NCBI GenBank assembly: GCA_965228855.1
Contig: CBDDIJ010000002.1
Span: forward strand, 1,632,001-1,696,000
Source of the DNA: Candidatus Obscuribacterales bacterium
Lineage (GTDB): Bacteria; Cyanobacteriota; Vampirovibrionia; Obscuribacterales; Obscuribacteraceae
Direction of reading: 5' to 3'
Length of the DNA: 64,000 bases
The notes below the pieces were generated by a model. That model saw only the letters and a program-made list of their open reading frames with translations. It had not been told where the DNA came from and did no database searches. Made by a program: the position numbers and the translations under genes. Each line of letters opens with the position of its first letter. The first letter of the stretch is position 1. Shown here in pieces: positions 10,519-20,446 of the stretch.

Positions 10519-10634
10519 GGTTGAAGCCGGTTTCTAACGTTTTTAAACTAAACTGTTTATAGTCTTCCGGTGTGGATTTTCCATTCTTCGATGCTGATAT
10601 GATCGTTCGGTCGTAAAACAGCGAGCGCACGATC

Positions 10635-11960
10635 ATGCAGACTAATGGAGCAGGTAAGCCCGGAAACGTAGTTGTCGTGGGTGCAGGTATGGCTGGTTTA
10701 ACAGCTGCCAAAGAGCTTGCGGACAGAGGCTATAACGTAGTTGTTCTGGAATCACGCGATCGGTCTGGTGGAAGAATCTGGACCGACTTCTCGTTGGATG
10801 CACCTGTAGATTTGGGTGCTGCCTGGATCCACGGTAAATCCAAAAATCCGATTTTCGATCTCGCCAGGAAGAGTGGTATCAAAACTGCGCCGTCGAGTTA
10901 CAACAACTCGATGTTGATTGATGACAACGGGAAGAAAGTCAATTCCATTCAGCAATTGTTGAACGCGGGTCGCGCCAACCGAATTTTGCCTCGCTTAAAG
11001 CGGCTCGCCAAGCGCCTCGACAAGGATATCTCTGTCGCCGAAGCTGTGCGTTCCATTCTTGAAGAATCGAAGATGAGTAACGCCGAGATTAGTTTTCTCA
11101 ATCGACATTTGATTGAATTTCAAGCGATGAACGGTGCCTCGCTCGAAGAGCAATCGCTTTTCGCTCTCATTGATGGACCGAGCGAATATTCCGGTGGGGA
11201 CCTGGTTTTCCCGGAAGGCTACGCGCAATTGTTCGAGGGTATGGCGCGGGGAATTCATATCAAATATCGCGAGATAGTTTCTGAAATCAGGCATGGTGAT
11301 CACGGTGTTACCATTCAGTCCAATAAAGGGACCTATGAGGCTGATGCCGCCGTAATCACGCTTCCAATAGGGGTTTTGAAGGCTGGAACAGTCAAGTTCT
11401 CTCCTGAACTCCCGGATGCGGTTCGTTCATCAATTGCTGATATCAAAGTCGGTTTGTTCAACAAAATCGCTATGCGATTTGATGAAACGTTCTGGAATCC
11501 GGACTGTGACATGTTTGAATTGGTTTCGAGTCGCAGCGACTTCGTCTGTCAGTTTTTGAATTGGCGAAAATTTTCCAAAGAGCCGATTCTCATAGCTTGT
11601 TTCGCAGCGGACACGGCGCGCGAGTGGGAGCGATTGTCTGATGAGGAGACAAAAACGCGCATGCAGGCGCTGATTGCGAAGCTGTTTGGCAGCAGTGCAT
11701 CAAAGCCGACTGCAATCAGCATTACTCGCTGGGGGCAGGATGAGTTTTCGCTCGGAGCATATTCCGTAGTTGATCCGGGTGCGGCCGCGGCAAAGTTCGA
11801 CTCCCTGGGTAAACCTGTTGGACGGCTCTTCTTCGCAGGCGAAGCAACCGCCCGCGCTAATCAGGGCACCGTCCCTGGTGCGTATCTTTCGGGAAAACGT
11901 GCAGCCAGGCAGGTCGCCGAATATTGCCAAATCAAAAAAGGTCTCAGCGTTGTGACCTAG
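10635..11960 (+). CDS. flavin-dependent amine oxidase (MAO/polyamine oxidase family)
   Basis: VVGAGMAGL, ESRDRSGGRI, DLGAAWIHG and FFAGEAT...GAYLSG. Confidence 0.92.
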   Translation: MQTNGAGKPGNVVVVGAGMAGLTAAKELADRGYNVVVLESRDRSGGRIWTDFSLDAPVDLGAAWIHGKSKNPIFDLARKSGIKTAPSSYNNSMLIDDNGKKVNSIQQLLNAGRANRILPRLKRLAKRLDKDISVAEAVRSILEESKMSNAEISFLNRHLIEFQAMNGASLEEQSLFALIDGPSEYSGGDLVFPEGYAQLFEGMARGIHIKYREIVSEIRHGDHGVTIQSNKGTYEADAAVITLPIGVLKAGTVKFSPELPDAVRSSIADIKVGLFNKIAMRFDETFWNPDCDMFELVSSRSDFVCQFLNWRKFSKEPILIACFAADTAREWERLSDEETKTRMQALIAKLFGSSASKPTAISITRWGQDEFSLGAYSVVDPGAAAAKFDSLGKPVGRLFFAGEATARANQGTVPGAYLSGKRAARQVAEYCQIKKGLSVVT

Positions 11961-11989
11961 TTTTGACGTGAGCCAAAATCTGTTTGCGT

Positions 11990-12361
11990 TTACACCAGGA
12001 CTTTGGCGAGCGACTTGCCTTGCTCTTCCACTGAGCGTATCAGACCTTCCAGGTTGATTCTCTGTCCGCGTGCGGTTAGAACAACCAGGTAGTGTCCGGC
12101 GGCTTCTATGAAGTGCAAAATGCCCTGATCCGTGAGAAGCGTCATTTGAACGAGGGCGCCGCGATTCATACGCTGAATCGAAACGTCGTTGTTTGAGAAC
12201 AGTGTCGCCGAGAGCGCGCCAATAGTGGCGACTTCGATGTCCGGCGGCAACGAAGTGCACAGCACCGTTCCGTCGCGACCGACCAGCAGACACCCGAGAA
12301 TGCCATGCTTGCCGTTGAGCGAAGCTACGAGTTGTTTTACTCCGTCATTAATTTCGGCCAC
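11990..12361 (-). CDS. Roadblock/LC7 (MglB-like) protein
   Basis: 123 aa; GILGCLLVGRDG motif and typical helix/strand pattern. Confidence 0.85.
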   Translation of the reverse strand: MAEINDGVKQLVASLNGKHGILGCLLVGRDGTVLCTSLPPDIEVATIGALSATLFSNNDVSIQRMNRGALVQMTLLTDQGILHFIEAAGHYLVVLTARGQRINLEGLIRSVEEQGKSLAKVLV

Positions 12362-12396
12362 TAACGTATCCCCCAGTTAGTTATTTTGAAATTGCT

Positions 12397-13083
12397 CTAT
12401 TCTGCGTCTTCATCGCCGCCCGGTTCGTCGCCGGTCTTCTTGGCTTCTGATAAACGTTTGATAGCCAGAACGTCTACCCACGGTTCATCCAGAGCTGTAC
12501 TGAATACTTTCCCAGTTACTTCGAGTTTGTCTCCATCTTTGAGGGATGTGAGCAATTTGTTTTTGACTTTATCGGTTTCTTTCGGGATGGGCAGCGCCAG
12601 TTTCAGTTCCGAAAGCGGTACTTTGGTTTCGGTTTTTCTAACCAGGAACGAAATGTGAGTTTTTTGCGGGCGAAAAGCCGGTTTGTAGTTGAGTGCGAGT
12701 GTGCAAAATCCGGCAAAATCAGCCGTGAATTTGACGTTTTTGCCAAGAAACTCTTTCGGTTTCTCAATCAGAGAATCAGGTGTTACGGCGTTGACGTTGG
12801 TGAGTGGAACGTCCGGTACGATCTCTCCTTTTATGTTCTTGTCATCTGCCTTGGAGTCTTTAGCGGTCTCTTTAGTGTCTTTGCTATTTGCGTCCTTGGC
12901 CGGCTCTTTCTTTTCCGGCGCCTTCGGTGCTGGTTTGGCATCCTTGGCGGCGGGCTTGGCATCACCGGCTTTCTGGGCAATTAAACCATTCGAAATCTCA
13001 TTCGAATTGGCAAGACCCGCCTGAATACCGGCGAGGGAAATAGTAGCTGCGACGATCAAACTTATGGAAGATGCCCTTAACAT
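12397..13083 (-). CDS. secreted hypothetical protein, possible OB-fold C-terminal domain
   Basis: signal peptide, K/A/P-rich linker, FLGKNVKF...GDKLEVTGKV beta pattern. Confidence 0.6.
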   Translation of the reverse strand: MLRASSISLIVAATISLAGIQAGLANSNEISNGLIAQKAGDAKPAAKDAKPAPKAPEKKEPAKDANSKDTKETAKDSKADDKNIKGEIVPDVPLTNVNAVTPDSLIEKPKEFLGKNVKFTADFAGFCTLALNYKPAFRPQKTHISFLVRKTETKVPLSELKLALPIPKETDKVKNKLLTSLKDGDKLEVTGKVFSTALDEPWVDVLAIKRLSEAKKTGDEPGGDEDAE

Positions 13084-13285
13084 GATTGAACCTATATTTT
13101 GCGGATATCGTATTTGGGTTGAGTTGACTCTTTCAAGTTTCCCATATTACCAGAAGCTTATTAGCGCCGCCGTAAGTCAAGTTGTAATATTGACTCGTCC
13201 AGACTTAGTAACCGTGTTGCTGTAGCGATTTTTCAGCGACTCGTTATCATGCGGTAACATCACGTTCTTATGAGGGTGACGAAAT

Positions 13286-15934
13286 TTGGCGGCGAGTGAA
13301 ACAAAAGATAAGGCAATGGAAGGACCGAAGTCCGAAAATCTTTCGCCCATGATGCGCCAGTATTGGGACATCAAGGCGCAGTATCCGGAATCTCTTGTAC
13401 TCTTCAGGGTTGGTGACTTTTACGAGCTATTCGACACCGATGCTCAGGTCGCGGCCAGAGAGCTTGATATCACTCTAACCGGTCGCCCGGAAACATCGTA
13501 TCCGAATGGACGCATGCCGATGGCAGGAGTTCCCTATCGAGCGGTCGACGCTTATCTGGCGCGTTTGCTGGCTAAAGGCTACTCCTGTGCAATCTGCGAG
13601 CAAGTCGGCGTACCCGGCGAGCAGAAGGGACCGATGGAGCGAGTGGTTTCGCGCATTTTGACGCCCGGAACAGTGCTCGAATCGCACCTCTTGCCTACCA
13701 GAGAAAACAACTACCTGGCGGCCATCGTTCGCGGCGGCACCTCGTGGGGATTGGCTTGTGTAGATGCTTCTTGCGGAGAGTTCATCGTCACTCAGCTGGA
13801 AGAAAACGACTTGATCCTGGAGCTTGGACGGCTTTCCCCCAAAGAAGTGCTTGTGCCTTTGAAGATGGTCAAGCCTGGTCCCGGCGAGATTGTACCGAAA
13901 GAAGTCGCGGACATGCCGGAAGCGATTATCGGTCAATACCGCACTGTCGGTCGTCCGTCGATGTATTTCCAATTCGAGCCGGCGCAAAGACGCGTACTCG
14001 ATACTTTCCAGGTGACCACCATGGAAGGCTTCGGCTGTCAATCGATGCCGCTTGCGGTAGGCGCGGCAGGGGCTATTCTCGAATATCTGGACAGAACGCA
14101 GGGGGCGATGAAGCCCAAGTTCGAAGGCATCTCGGCTTACAATGTCGCCGGTCACTTGATGCTCGATCCGAACACTCGCAGAAACCTTGAATTGACAGAA
14201 ACCAGTCGCGATAGGGTTTTTGAAGGAAGTCTGCTCTGGACTCTCGATAAAACCTCGACTCCCATGGGCGGACGACTCTTGCGAAAATGGCTTCTGAGCC
14301 CGCTTTTCTCGATTCCGGAAATCGAAGCGCGTCAGGACGCCGTGGAAGAATTGATTGGCGACAGTGCTTTGAGAACATCGTTGAGCACGACTCTTGGTGG
14401 AGTCTCCGATCTGGAGCGGCTGTCGGTTCGTCTTTCGTCCGGTACGCTCTCGCCAAAAGATCTGGCTGCCATACGCAACTCGCTTGCCGAGCTTCCGAAG
14501 TTGGGTGAGTCGCTCGGTCATCGCAAGAGCGAACATTTCTCTCGCTTTGCCAAACTTCCTGCAGCATTGCTGGAGTTGGAAGAAACCATTGAGAAAACCA
14601 TTTGCGACGATCCACCTCGCGAAATTACCGAGGGCGGAATCTTCCGCGCCGGATTCTCCGAAGAACTCGATGAAATCAGGGGTTTGCTTGGTGGTGGCAA
14701 AGACTGGATCGATAATTTCCAGACTGCTGAGCAAGAGCGAACCGGCATCAAAAGTTTAAAGGTAAACTTCAACAGATCGTTCGGTTACTACATCGAAGTT
14801 ACGCGCGCCAACCAGGAGCATGTGCCGGACGACTACATCCGCAAACAGACTCTCACGAACGCCGAACGATACATCACGCCAGAGCTCAAAGAGTACGAGG
14901 TGAAGATCCTCAATGCGGAGAAAAATCAGAGCGACCTCGAGTACAAGATGTTCCTCGAGCTGCGCAAACAGTTGACGCAATATGGTGCCGAACTCACTAA
15001 AGTGGCATCGATGCTTGCTTCTGTGGATGCGCTTTTGTCGCTGGCGAAAGTCGCGCATGAGCGTCGTTATGTGCGACCGGTCGTCGATCAATCTCGAATT
15101 ATCGATATCAAGGAAGGTCGTCATCCCGTTCTCGAAAGTATTCTGCCGATGGGCAAATATGTCGCCAACAATACCAAGTTGTGCGGCGTCAGTGATGACC
15201 ACCAGTTGGTCGTTCTCACCGGACCGAATATGTCCGGTAAGTCGAGCTTCCTGCGCCAGGTTGCATTGATTACGATTCTTGCCCAGATGGGATCTTTTGT
15301 TCCTGCTGAGAGTGCGCGAATCGGAATTGTCGATCGAATCTTTACTCGAATCGGCGCCGTGGACGATCTCACCCAGGGGCAATCGACCTTCCTGGTCGAG
15401 ATGAGTGAAACCACTCAATGCTGTCGCTCGGCGACGGATCGTTCGCTGATCCTTTTAGATGAAGTCGGACGGGGAACGAGCACATATGATGGAGTGGCGA
15501 TTGCCTGGTCTGTTGCTGAGTTTCTCGCGAAGGATGTGCGGGCTAGGACGATTTTTGCGACCCACTATCATGAGTTGAACGGGCTTGCGAACTTCCTTCC
15601 ACAAATCGTGAACTATCAGGTTCTTGTTAAAGAAACCAACGGCAACGTCGAATTCATCAGGTCAGTTGTGCTTGGTGGGGCGAGCCGAAGCTTTGGTGTT
15701 CAGGTTGCGAAGATGGCGGGATTGCCCGGTTCTGTGATAGAACGTGCGCAGTACCTGATCAATCAGATGGAAAAACGTGGGGTTGCCAGCAAGATTCTTG
15801 ATGGACCTAGACTGAGAAATATCCCGATGGATGAAGTGATGCAGTTATCCTTGTTCGAAGCTGCAAAACCGCCGGAAAAACAGGTGAAGTCGTCCGCGAA
15901 AAAGGCGACGCAAGAACCGATAGCCAAGGAGTAA
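13286..15934 (+). CDS. mutS: DNA mismatch repair protein MutS
   Basis: SPMMRQY, FRVGDFYELF, TGPNMSGKS, DEVGRGTST and FATHYHEL. Confidence 0.98.
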   Translation: MAASETKDKAMEGPKSENLSPMMRQYWDIKAQYPESLVLFRVGDFYELFDTDAQVAARELDITLTGRPETSYPNGRMPMAGVPYRAVDAYLARLLAKGYSCAICEQVGVPGEQKGPMERVVSRILTPGTVLESHLLPTRENNYLAAIVRGGTSWGLACVDASCGEFIVTQLEENDLILELGRLSPKEVLVPLKMVKPGPGEIVPKEVADMPEAIIGQYRTVGRPSMYFQFEPAQRRVLDTFQVTTMEGFGCQSMPLAVGAAGAILEYLDRTQGAMKPKFEGISAYNVAGHLMLDPNTRRNLELTETSRDRVFEGSLLWTLDKTSTPMGGRLLRKWLLSPLFSIPEIEARQDAVEELIGDSALRTSLSTTLGGVSDLERLSVRLSSGTLSPKDLAAIRNSLAELPKLGESLGHRKSEHFSRFAKLPAALLELEETIEKTICDDPPREITEGGIFRAGFSEELDEIRGLLGGGKDWIDNFQTAEQERTGIKSLKVNFNRSFGYYIEVTRANQEHVPDDYIRKQTLTNAERYITPELKEYEVKILNAEKNQSDLEYKMFLELRKQLTQYGAELTKVASMLASVDALLSLAKVAHERRYVRPVVDQSRIIDIKEGRHPVLESILPMGKYVANNTKLCGVSDDHQLVVLTGPNMSGKSSFLRQVALITILAQMGSFVPAESARIGIVDRIFTRIGAVDDLTQGQSTFLVEMSETTQCCRSATDRSLILLDEVGRGTSTYDGVAIAWSVAEFLAKDVRARTIFATHYHELNGLANFLPQIVNYQVLVKETNGNVEFIRSVVLGGASRSFGVQVAKMAGLPGSVIERAQYLINQMEKRGVASKILDGPRLRNIPMDEVMQLSLFEAAKPPEKQVKSSAKKATQEPIAKE

Positions 15935-15938
15935 TTAG

Positions 15939-18620
15939 ATGCGCGAGAAGAAAGGACCAGGCCCCGGACCAATCTTAAGTCGACAGTTTCTACTCGGTGC
16001 TTCGATTCTCTCGCTGACAAGTTTGATGTTGCCACCGTCCGTGATGGCGGCTGATGAACCTATCGAAACAGAAACACCTGCGCGCACCGCGCCGGCTCCC
16101 GCGAAAACTGAAAAAACGAGCAAATCTTCAAAGGTAAAGAAGGAAAAGCCTGCCAAATCCGCAAAAGCATCTGCGGAAACGAAGGCAAAGTCTGAGACAA
16201 TCGAAAGCGAATCGTCCGTCAAGCCCGGCAAAGGGTCTGCGGAAACGAAGGCGAAGTCTGAGACGAACGAAAGCGAAACGTCCGCCAAGCCCGACAAAGC
16301 ATCTGCGGAAACGAAGGCAAAGTCTGAAACAAGCGAAAGCGAAACGCCGACCAAGCTGAAAAAAGGCGATGCCATTCCAGCTCGACTTAAGTCCGGATTG
16401 GATGCGAAGACGTTCAAATTTGTGAATCAGGGGAACTGGAAGGCTGCGGCTGCAAGGCTGGAAACGCTCACCGCGGGCTCTGATCTGCCCACTCGTAATC
16501 ACGCGTGGCTTGCGTTCGCCTATATGTTTCTAAACCAAACAGATAAACTCAACAAACTGTATGACCGAGTGACGGCAAAGACTCCGCCTGCTGGCTTGGT
16601 AGGCTACGTCAGCGTAATCGAGGCATTCAAGCAAGTCCTCGCCGGTAAGACCGACGATGCCGCCAAGACTTTGACAAATCTTCCCAAGCGTCATGTCAAT
16701 GATTCCTTTGTCACCTTCGCACTAGCAGCGGTGGCAGGTAAGCAGGGAAAGGCAAGCGCCGCCGCCGAGCTTTGTCAGCGTGCAGTGGCTCTGGATCCGG
16801 ATTTCGCCTGGGGGTACAGAACACTCGGTTATCTCCAATCACGCTGGCTCAATCAGCCGCAGGAAGCAGAGCAATCATTCCTTGAAGCTCTGCGATTGGA
16901 GCCCGAACAAGGTGAAGTCCGTGAGATGCTCATTAATGAACGGCTTGCTCGCAACGACTTCGATGGTGCAATTGATCTCGCGAATGCCGGCATCAAAGCT
17001 AATGCAAAGGATGGCAAGGCGCATTATCGTCTGGCTCAGATTTTGGTGCAGCAGTGGAGACTTCGAGAGGCGCTTGCCGAGCTCGAGAAAGCGATTGTGG
17101 TCGATCCCAACACGGCAACTTATTATAGAACGCGCGCGACCATCCGGCGCTATCAAGGGAACTACGAGGATGCGATTGCTGACCAGAAGAAGGCGGTCGA
17201 GCTTAGTAACGATAAAGCCTTTGAACTCGTAGAACTCGCCACGATGTATTCGCAGATGAACGATTCGACAAATGCGATCGCTAATCTCAATGCAGCGCTT
17301 AAAATCGATCCGGCTAACAAAAGCGCAAGCAAAAACCTGGTTGCATTGCTTGCCAAAGAAAAACGCTATGACGAACTTGTTGATGCTTACAAAGAAGCGA
17401 TCAAGTCTCAACCCAAAGATGCCGCTCTGCACTTCAGCTTAGCGGAAACTTTGCATGCTTTAGGCGAAGACGATGATGCAATCGAACAGTACAAAGAAGC
17501 TGCCAATCTCGATCAGAAGGATGCTCGTCCGCACCGCCGAATCGGCGCGATTTACTCTGCCCGCCGCGACTTCGAGAAAGCGGAAGAGGCTCACCGGCGT
17601 GCGCTCAATATCAACCCTGGCTCGGTCCAGGATTTAGTCGCCCTGGGATTCTGTTACGCTCAACGTGAGAACTATCTGCAGGCGGAGGCCGGCTTCGTAA
17701 CTGCTCTCGCTCTTCAACAATTGATGGGCAATGCCAGTCCCGACGATCCGAAGCGTGAAGATATTATCCGAAGTCTCGCATCGTTGCTCATTGTAGAGGG
17801 ACGCTATCAGGACGCTCGCAATCAATTCGAAAGTTTGTACGCGATGACGAAGGACAGCGATAAGGGAATCGGTGACAAATATCTGGTGCAGCAATCGAGA
17901 CTCCTGGCTGATCGGAGCAATACCAGCGCCAATGAATTGATCGCCGGATTCAAAACGCTTCCGGAGAAAACTCAGGCAAATTTCCGTTACCAGCTCATTC
18001 AGACTTTGCTCAAAGCCGGTAAGGGTGAGCTTGCGCTGGAACAGCTTAATGATGTACCGCAAGAGCAGACCGAAGGCGATCCTCGATGGTTATCATTGAA
18101 AGCTCGCGCTCTTCGCTTCCAGGGCAAGTTCGACGACGCAAAAACTGTGATCGAACAGGCAATAACAGAAGGCACCAAACTCGGTGAAGGTAAGGAAGTT
18201 CTGGTTGCCGAAGCCCTATTGGAGAAGGCTAGAATTCTGGCCGATGCAGGTGCCCTCAAAGAAGCGGAAGACGCTGCGAATCAGGCTATTTCTAAGTACG
18301 ACAAAGTGTATGCTGCTTATCTGGTGCTCGGTCAGATCAAATTGAAACAGAACGATCCTGGCGACGCGCTCGACTACGCGAAGAAAGCACTTGATGCCAA
18401 TCCCTACTTTACCGATGCGTACATTCTCACTGGCGATGCGTTGCTCAAGCAGAACAAAGGCAAGGAAGCCATCGAGAACTACAAGAAGGCGACTGAAATC
18501 TATCCCGGGCTGATCGCCGCGCACGAAGCGCTCCTTCGCGGGTATAAGGCGTTGTCGCTTTCCGCGGACGCCGCGCGCGTCCAAACTCAGATCGATAATC
18601 TGGCTGCCAAATCGAAATAG
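15939..18620 (+). CDS. secreted multi-TPR protein
   Basis: signal-peptide-like start and more than 12 TPR-like 34-aa units; starts 4 bp after the mutS stop. Confidence 0.88.
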   Translation: MREKKGPGPGPILSRQFLLGASILSLTSLMLPPSVMAADEPIETETPARTAPAPAKTEKTSKSSKVKKEKPAKSAKASAETKAKSETIESESSVKPGKGSAETKAKSETNESETSAKPDKASAETKAKSETSESETPTKLKKGDAIPARLKSGLDAKTFKFVNQGNWKAAAARLETLTAGSDLPTRNHAWLAFAYMFLNQTDKLNKLYDRVTAKTPPAGLVGYVSVIEAFKQVLAGKTDDAAKTLTNLPKRHVNDSFVTFALAAVAGKQGKASAAAELCQRAVALDPDFAWGYRTLGYLQSRWLNQPQEAEQSFLEALRLEPEQGEVREMLINERLARNDFDGAIDLANAGIKANAKDGKAHYRLAQILVQQWRLREALAELEKAIVVDPNTATYYRTRATIRRYQGNYEDAIADQKKAVELSNDKAFELVELATMYSQMNDSTNAIANLNAALKIDPANKSASKNLVALLAKEKRYDELVDAYKEAIKSQPKDAALHFSLAETLHALGEDDDAIEQYKEAANLDQKDARPHRRIGAIYSARRDFEKAEEAHRRALNINPGSVQDLVALGFCYAQRENYLQAEAGFVTALALQQLMGNASPDDPKREDIIRSLASLLIVEGRYQDARNQFESLYAMTKDSDKGIGDKYLVQQSRLLADRSNTSANELIAGFKTLPEKTQANFRYQLIQTLLKAGKGELALEQLNDVPQEQTEGDPRWLSLKARALRFQGKFDDAKTVIEQAITEGTKLGEGKEVLVAEALLEKARILADAGALKEAEDAANQAISKYDKVYAAYLVLGQIKLKQNDPGDALDYAKKALDANPYFTDAYILTGDALLKQNKGKEAIENYKKATEIYPGLIAAHEALLRGYKALSLSADAARVQTQIDNLAAKSK
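16164..16360 (+). repeat. in-frame 66-bp tandem repeat, 3 copies (KxSAETKAKSETxESE...)
   Basis: tctgcggaaacgaaggc recurs with a 66-bp period. Confidence 0.9.
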
Positions 18621-19485
18621 CATTCAATGAAATAGTAATCGATCGAACAAGCATTTAAATCGGACTGCCTCCAAATCTTACTGGCATGTGACTCCGGGCA
18701 GGATTAAAGTGAAGTCTTTCGAGAACATTAAAATGAGATGGCGATGTATAAGTGCTTCGAACTCCTTATGGATGCTTCTACGATTTCTAGATTTTGACCT
18801 GAACTGTAGTTCTGGACAGCCTTTCTAAAGGTTAGACGAGAGACCGGTTTACTGCATCTGCCAATTGCAGAGTTTTCGGTGTCCGCAAACGATGTATCGG
18901 GGTAAGTCTATATCTTCGATCGATTCTGCGATCGGTCCTGCAGATTCTTATGCATCGCAAAAATCCAGAGCAAAAAATCTACTGTCACTAGACAAAATAT
19001 AAGGAGTCCGGAACACATGGGAATGGTCCGTTAGTGAACGAGATGTCTGCGACCGGTCGAGCAGTCGTCCTCCGGTCTTTAGTGATTACGTCCTCCTTGA
19101 CAAGCGGCTTCGCCTTGGCGTATTCTTGGAACGGACGCTTTAGTCCGAACGGAATCCAATTACCAAAAAGAACAAATATTTTGAACACGCTGCTTGCGCT
19201 GTGATTATTTGGCTTACGCAGTTCCATCCCAACGGTTTTGGCTGTCGAGCGATGTGATGTTGTCAGTGCATGGCGAGCGATTGGGTGTCGGTGCATCCGC
19301 GATGTCGGCGCATCTGCGCTGTCAGGTAGTGTGATGCCGGTGCATCCGAGCGGTGCGTCTTGGTCCGCTCTGTTGGACTCGTCGCGTGTTCTTGAATCGG
19401 CTGCCACTACACGCGGTGCGCGTTGCTTCGCGTGCTCCGAATATAGTGCTGGCTTTCAAACTCATGATTCTCTGCGGTTTGCCGT

Positions 19486-19959
19486 ATGGAGTTTTCTATT
19501 ATGCCCAAATCCTTACCATGCGCTCGTTTCCTTTTGCCTATTCTGATTGCCTTTTTTGCGTTTTCTCCTCCGGTTCAGGCTGTGACATTCGACAAAGCTT
19601 CGTTTACGCAGTACCTTCTGGAGACGTTAGATACCGCGATATTTTGGCTTCAGCTGCTTCCGTCGATTCTAAATTTAGCCCTGGTGATTACGTCGCTTTA
19701 TCTAATGCTTGATGGCATTCGAAGATGGGGTCACAACAAGTCCGGTGCGTTCTCGAGAACACTCATCGGACTTTTTATCTTGCACTCATCATCATGCGCA
19801 GTTCCTTTCCTACCGTACCTTGCGTTGTTCCTGGAGATCTGGCTTTGCGCACGAGGATTGGAGGCACGGACAGCCGCGCGTATTGCCGCTAGCCGGCGAG
19901 GAGAGCCGGGCAACGAAAGAGCGAAAGATGTAAAACCTAAATCGGCCTCAGCTAAGTAG
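19486..19959 (+). CDS. hypothetical membrane protein; start may be the ATG at 19501
   Basis: ORF with 3-4 hydrophobic segments and a basic C-terminal tail. Confidence 0.55.
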   Translation: MEFSIMPKSLPCARFLLPILIAFFAFSPPVQAVTFDKASFTQYLLETLDTAIFWLQLLPSILNLALVITSLYLMLDGIRRWGHNKSGAFSRTLIGLFILHSSSCAVPFLPYLALFLEIWLCARGLEARTAARIAASRRGEPGNERAKDVKPKSASAK

Positions 19960-20320
19960 ACTCCCCTCGAAATTCATCAATAACTTCAATATTACCGACG
20001 ATGTTATCGTTGAAACGCTCGAGGTCTTCAGCAGGGATCCAGTATTCTTCGTGTTTGCTTTGAGCGCCTACGGTTTTAATCTCAAAGTCTTCGATGTATT
20101 CGTTCCGGACTTCAAAACGTGTGACGTAGCCGACGAAGTCAGAGACCGGATCCTTGGTATTCCAATCGCGTGCAATCTGGATTGCATATTCGCGGTTAAG
20201 CACAGGATAGAAAATCGGTTGATGAAAAAGGCGGGGTGGAAAGCGTTTGTAGTCGGACTCTTTGATGAGGTCCAATTCTTTTTGTCCAACAGGACGAAAT
20301 AAGGTTGTTGTATTGGTCAT
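19952..20320 (-). CDS. conserved small protein, putative ADP-ribosyltransferase-like fold
   Basis: LFRPVG-x-KEL, FPPRL-x-HQPIFYPVLN, QIARDWN and HEEYWIPAEDL resemble a recurring conserved hypothetical family. Confidence 0.7.
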   Translation of the reverse strand: MTNTTTLFRPVGQKELDLIKESDYKRFPPRLFHQPIFYPVLNREYAIQIARDWNTKDPVSDFVGYVTRFEVRNEYIEDFEIKTVGAQSKHEEYWIPAEDLERFNDNIVGNIEVIDEFRGEST

Positions 20321-20446
20321 GCGAATTGTGGTGTATTTGTTGAGTATTCGAGTCGCGACGCTGTTTCTGTCATGGAGCTAGCAGCTGTTTCTGAAAACGA
20401 AAGAGAGCCGCTGTTAAGCAGAGGAGATCACCAGACAGATCAAATC

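Noticed and set aside
13475..15418. Long antisense ORFs (419 aa and 220 aa) opposite mutS, and similar shadows over ald, hppD and the giant gene
   Set aside because: They overlap well-supported genes completely and show no recognisable motifs
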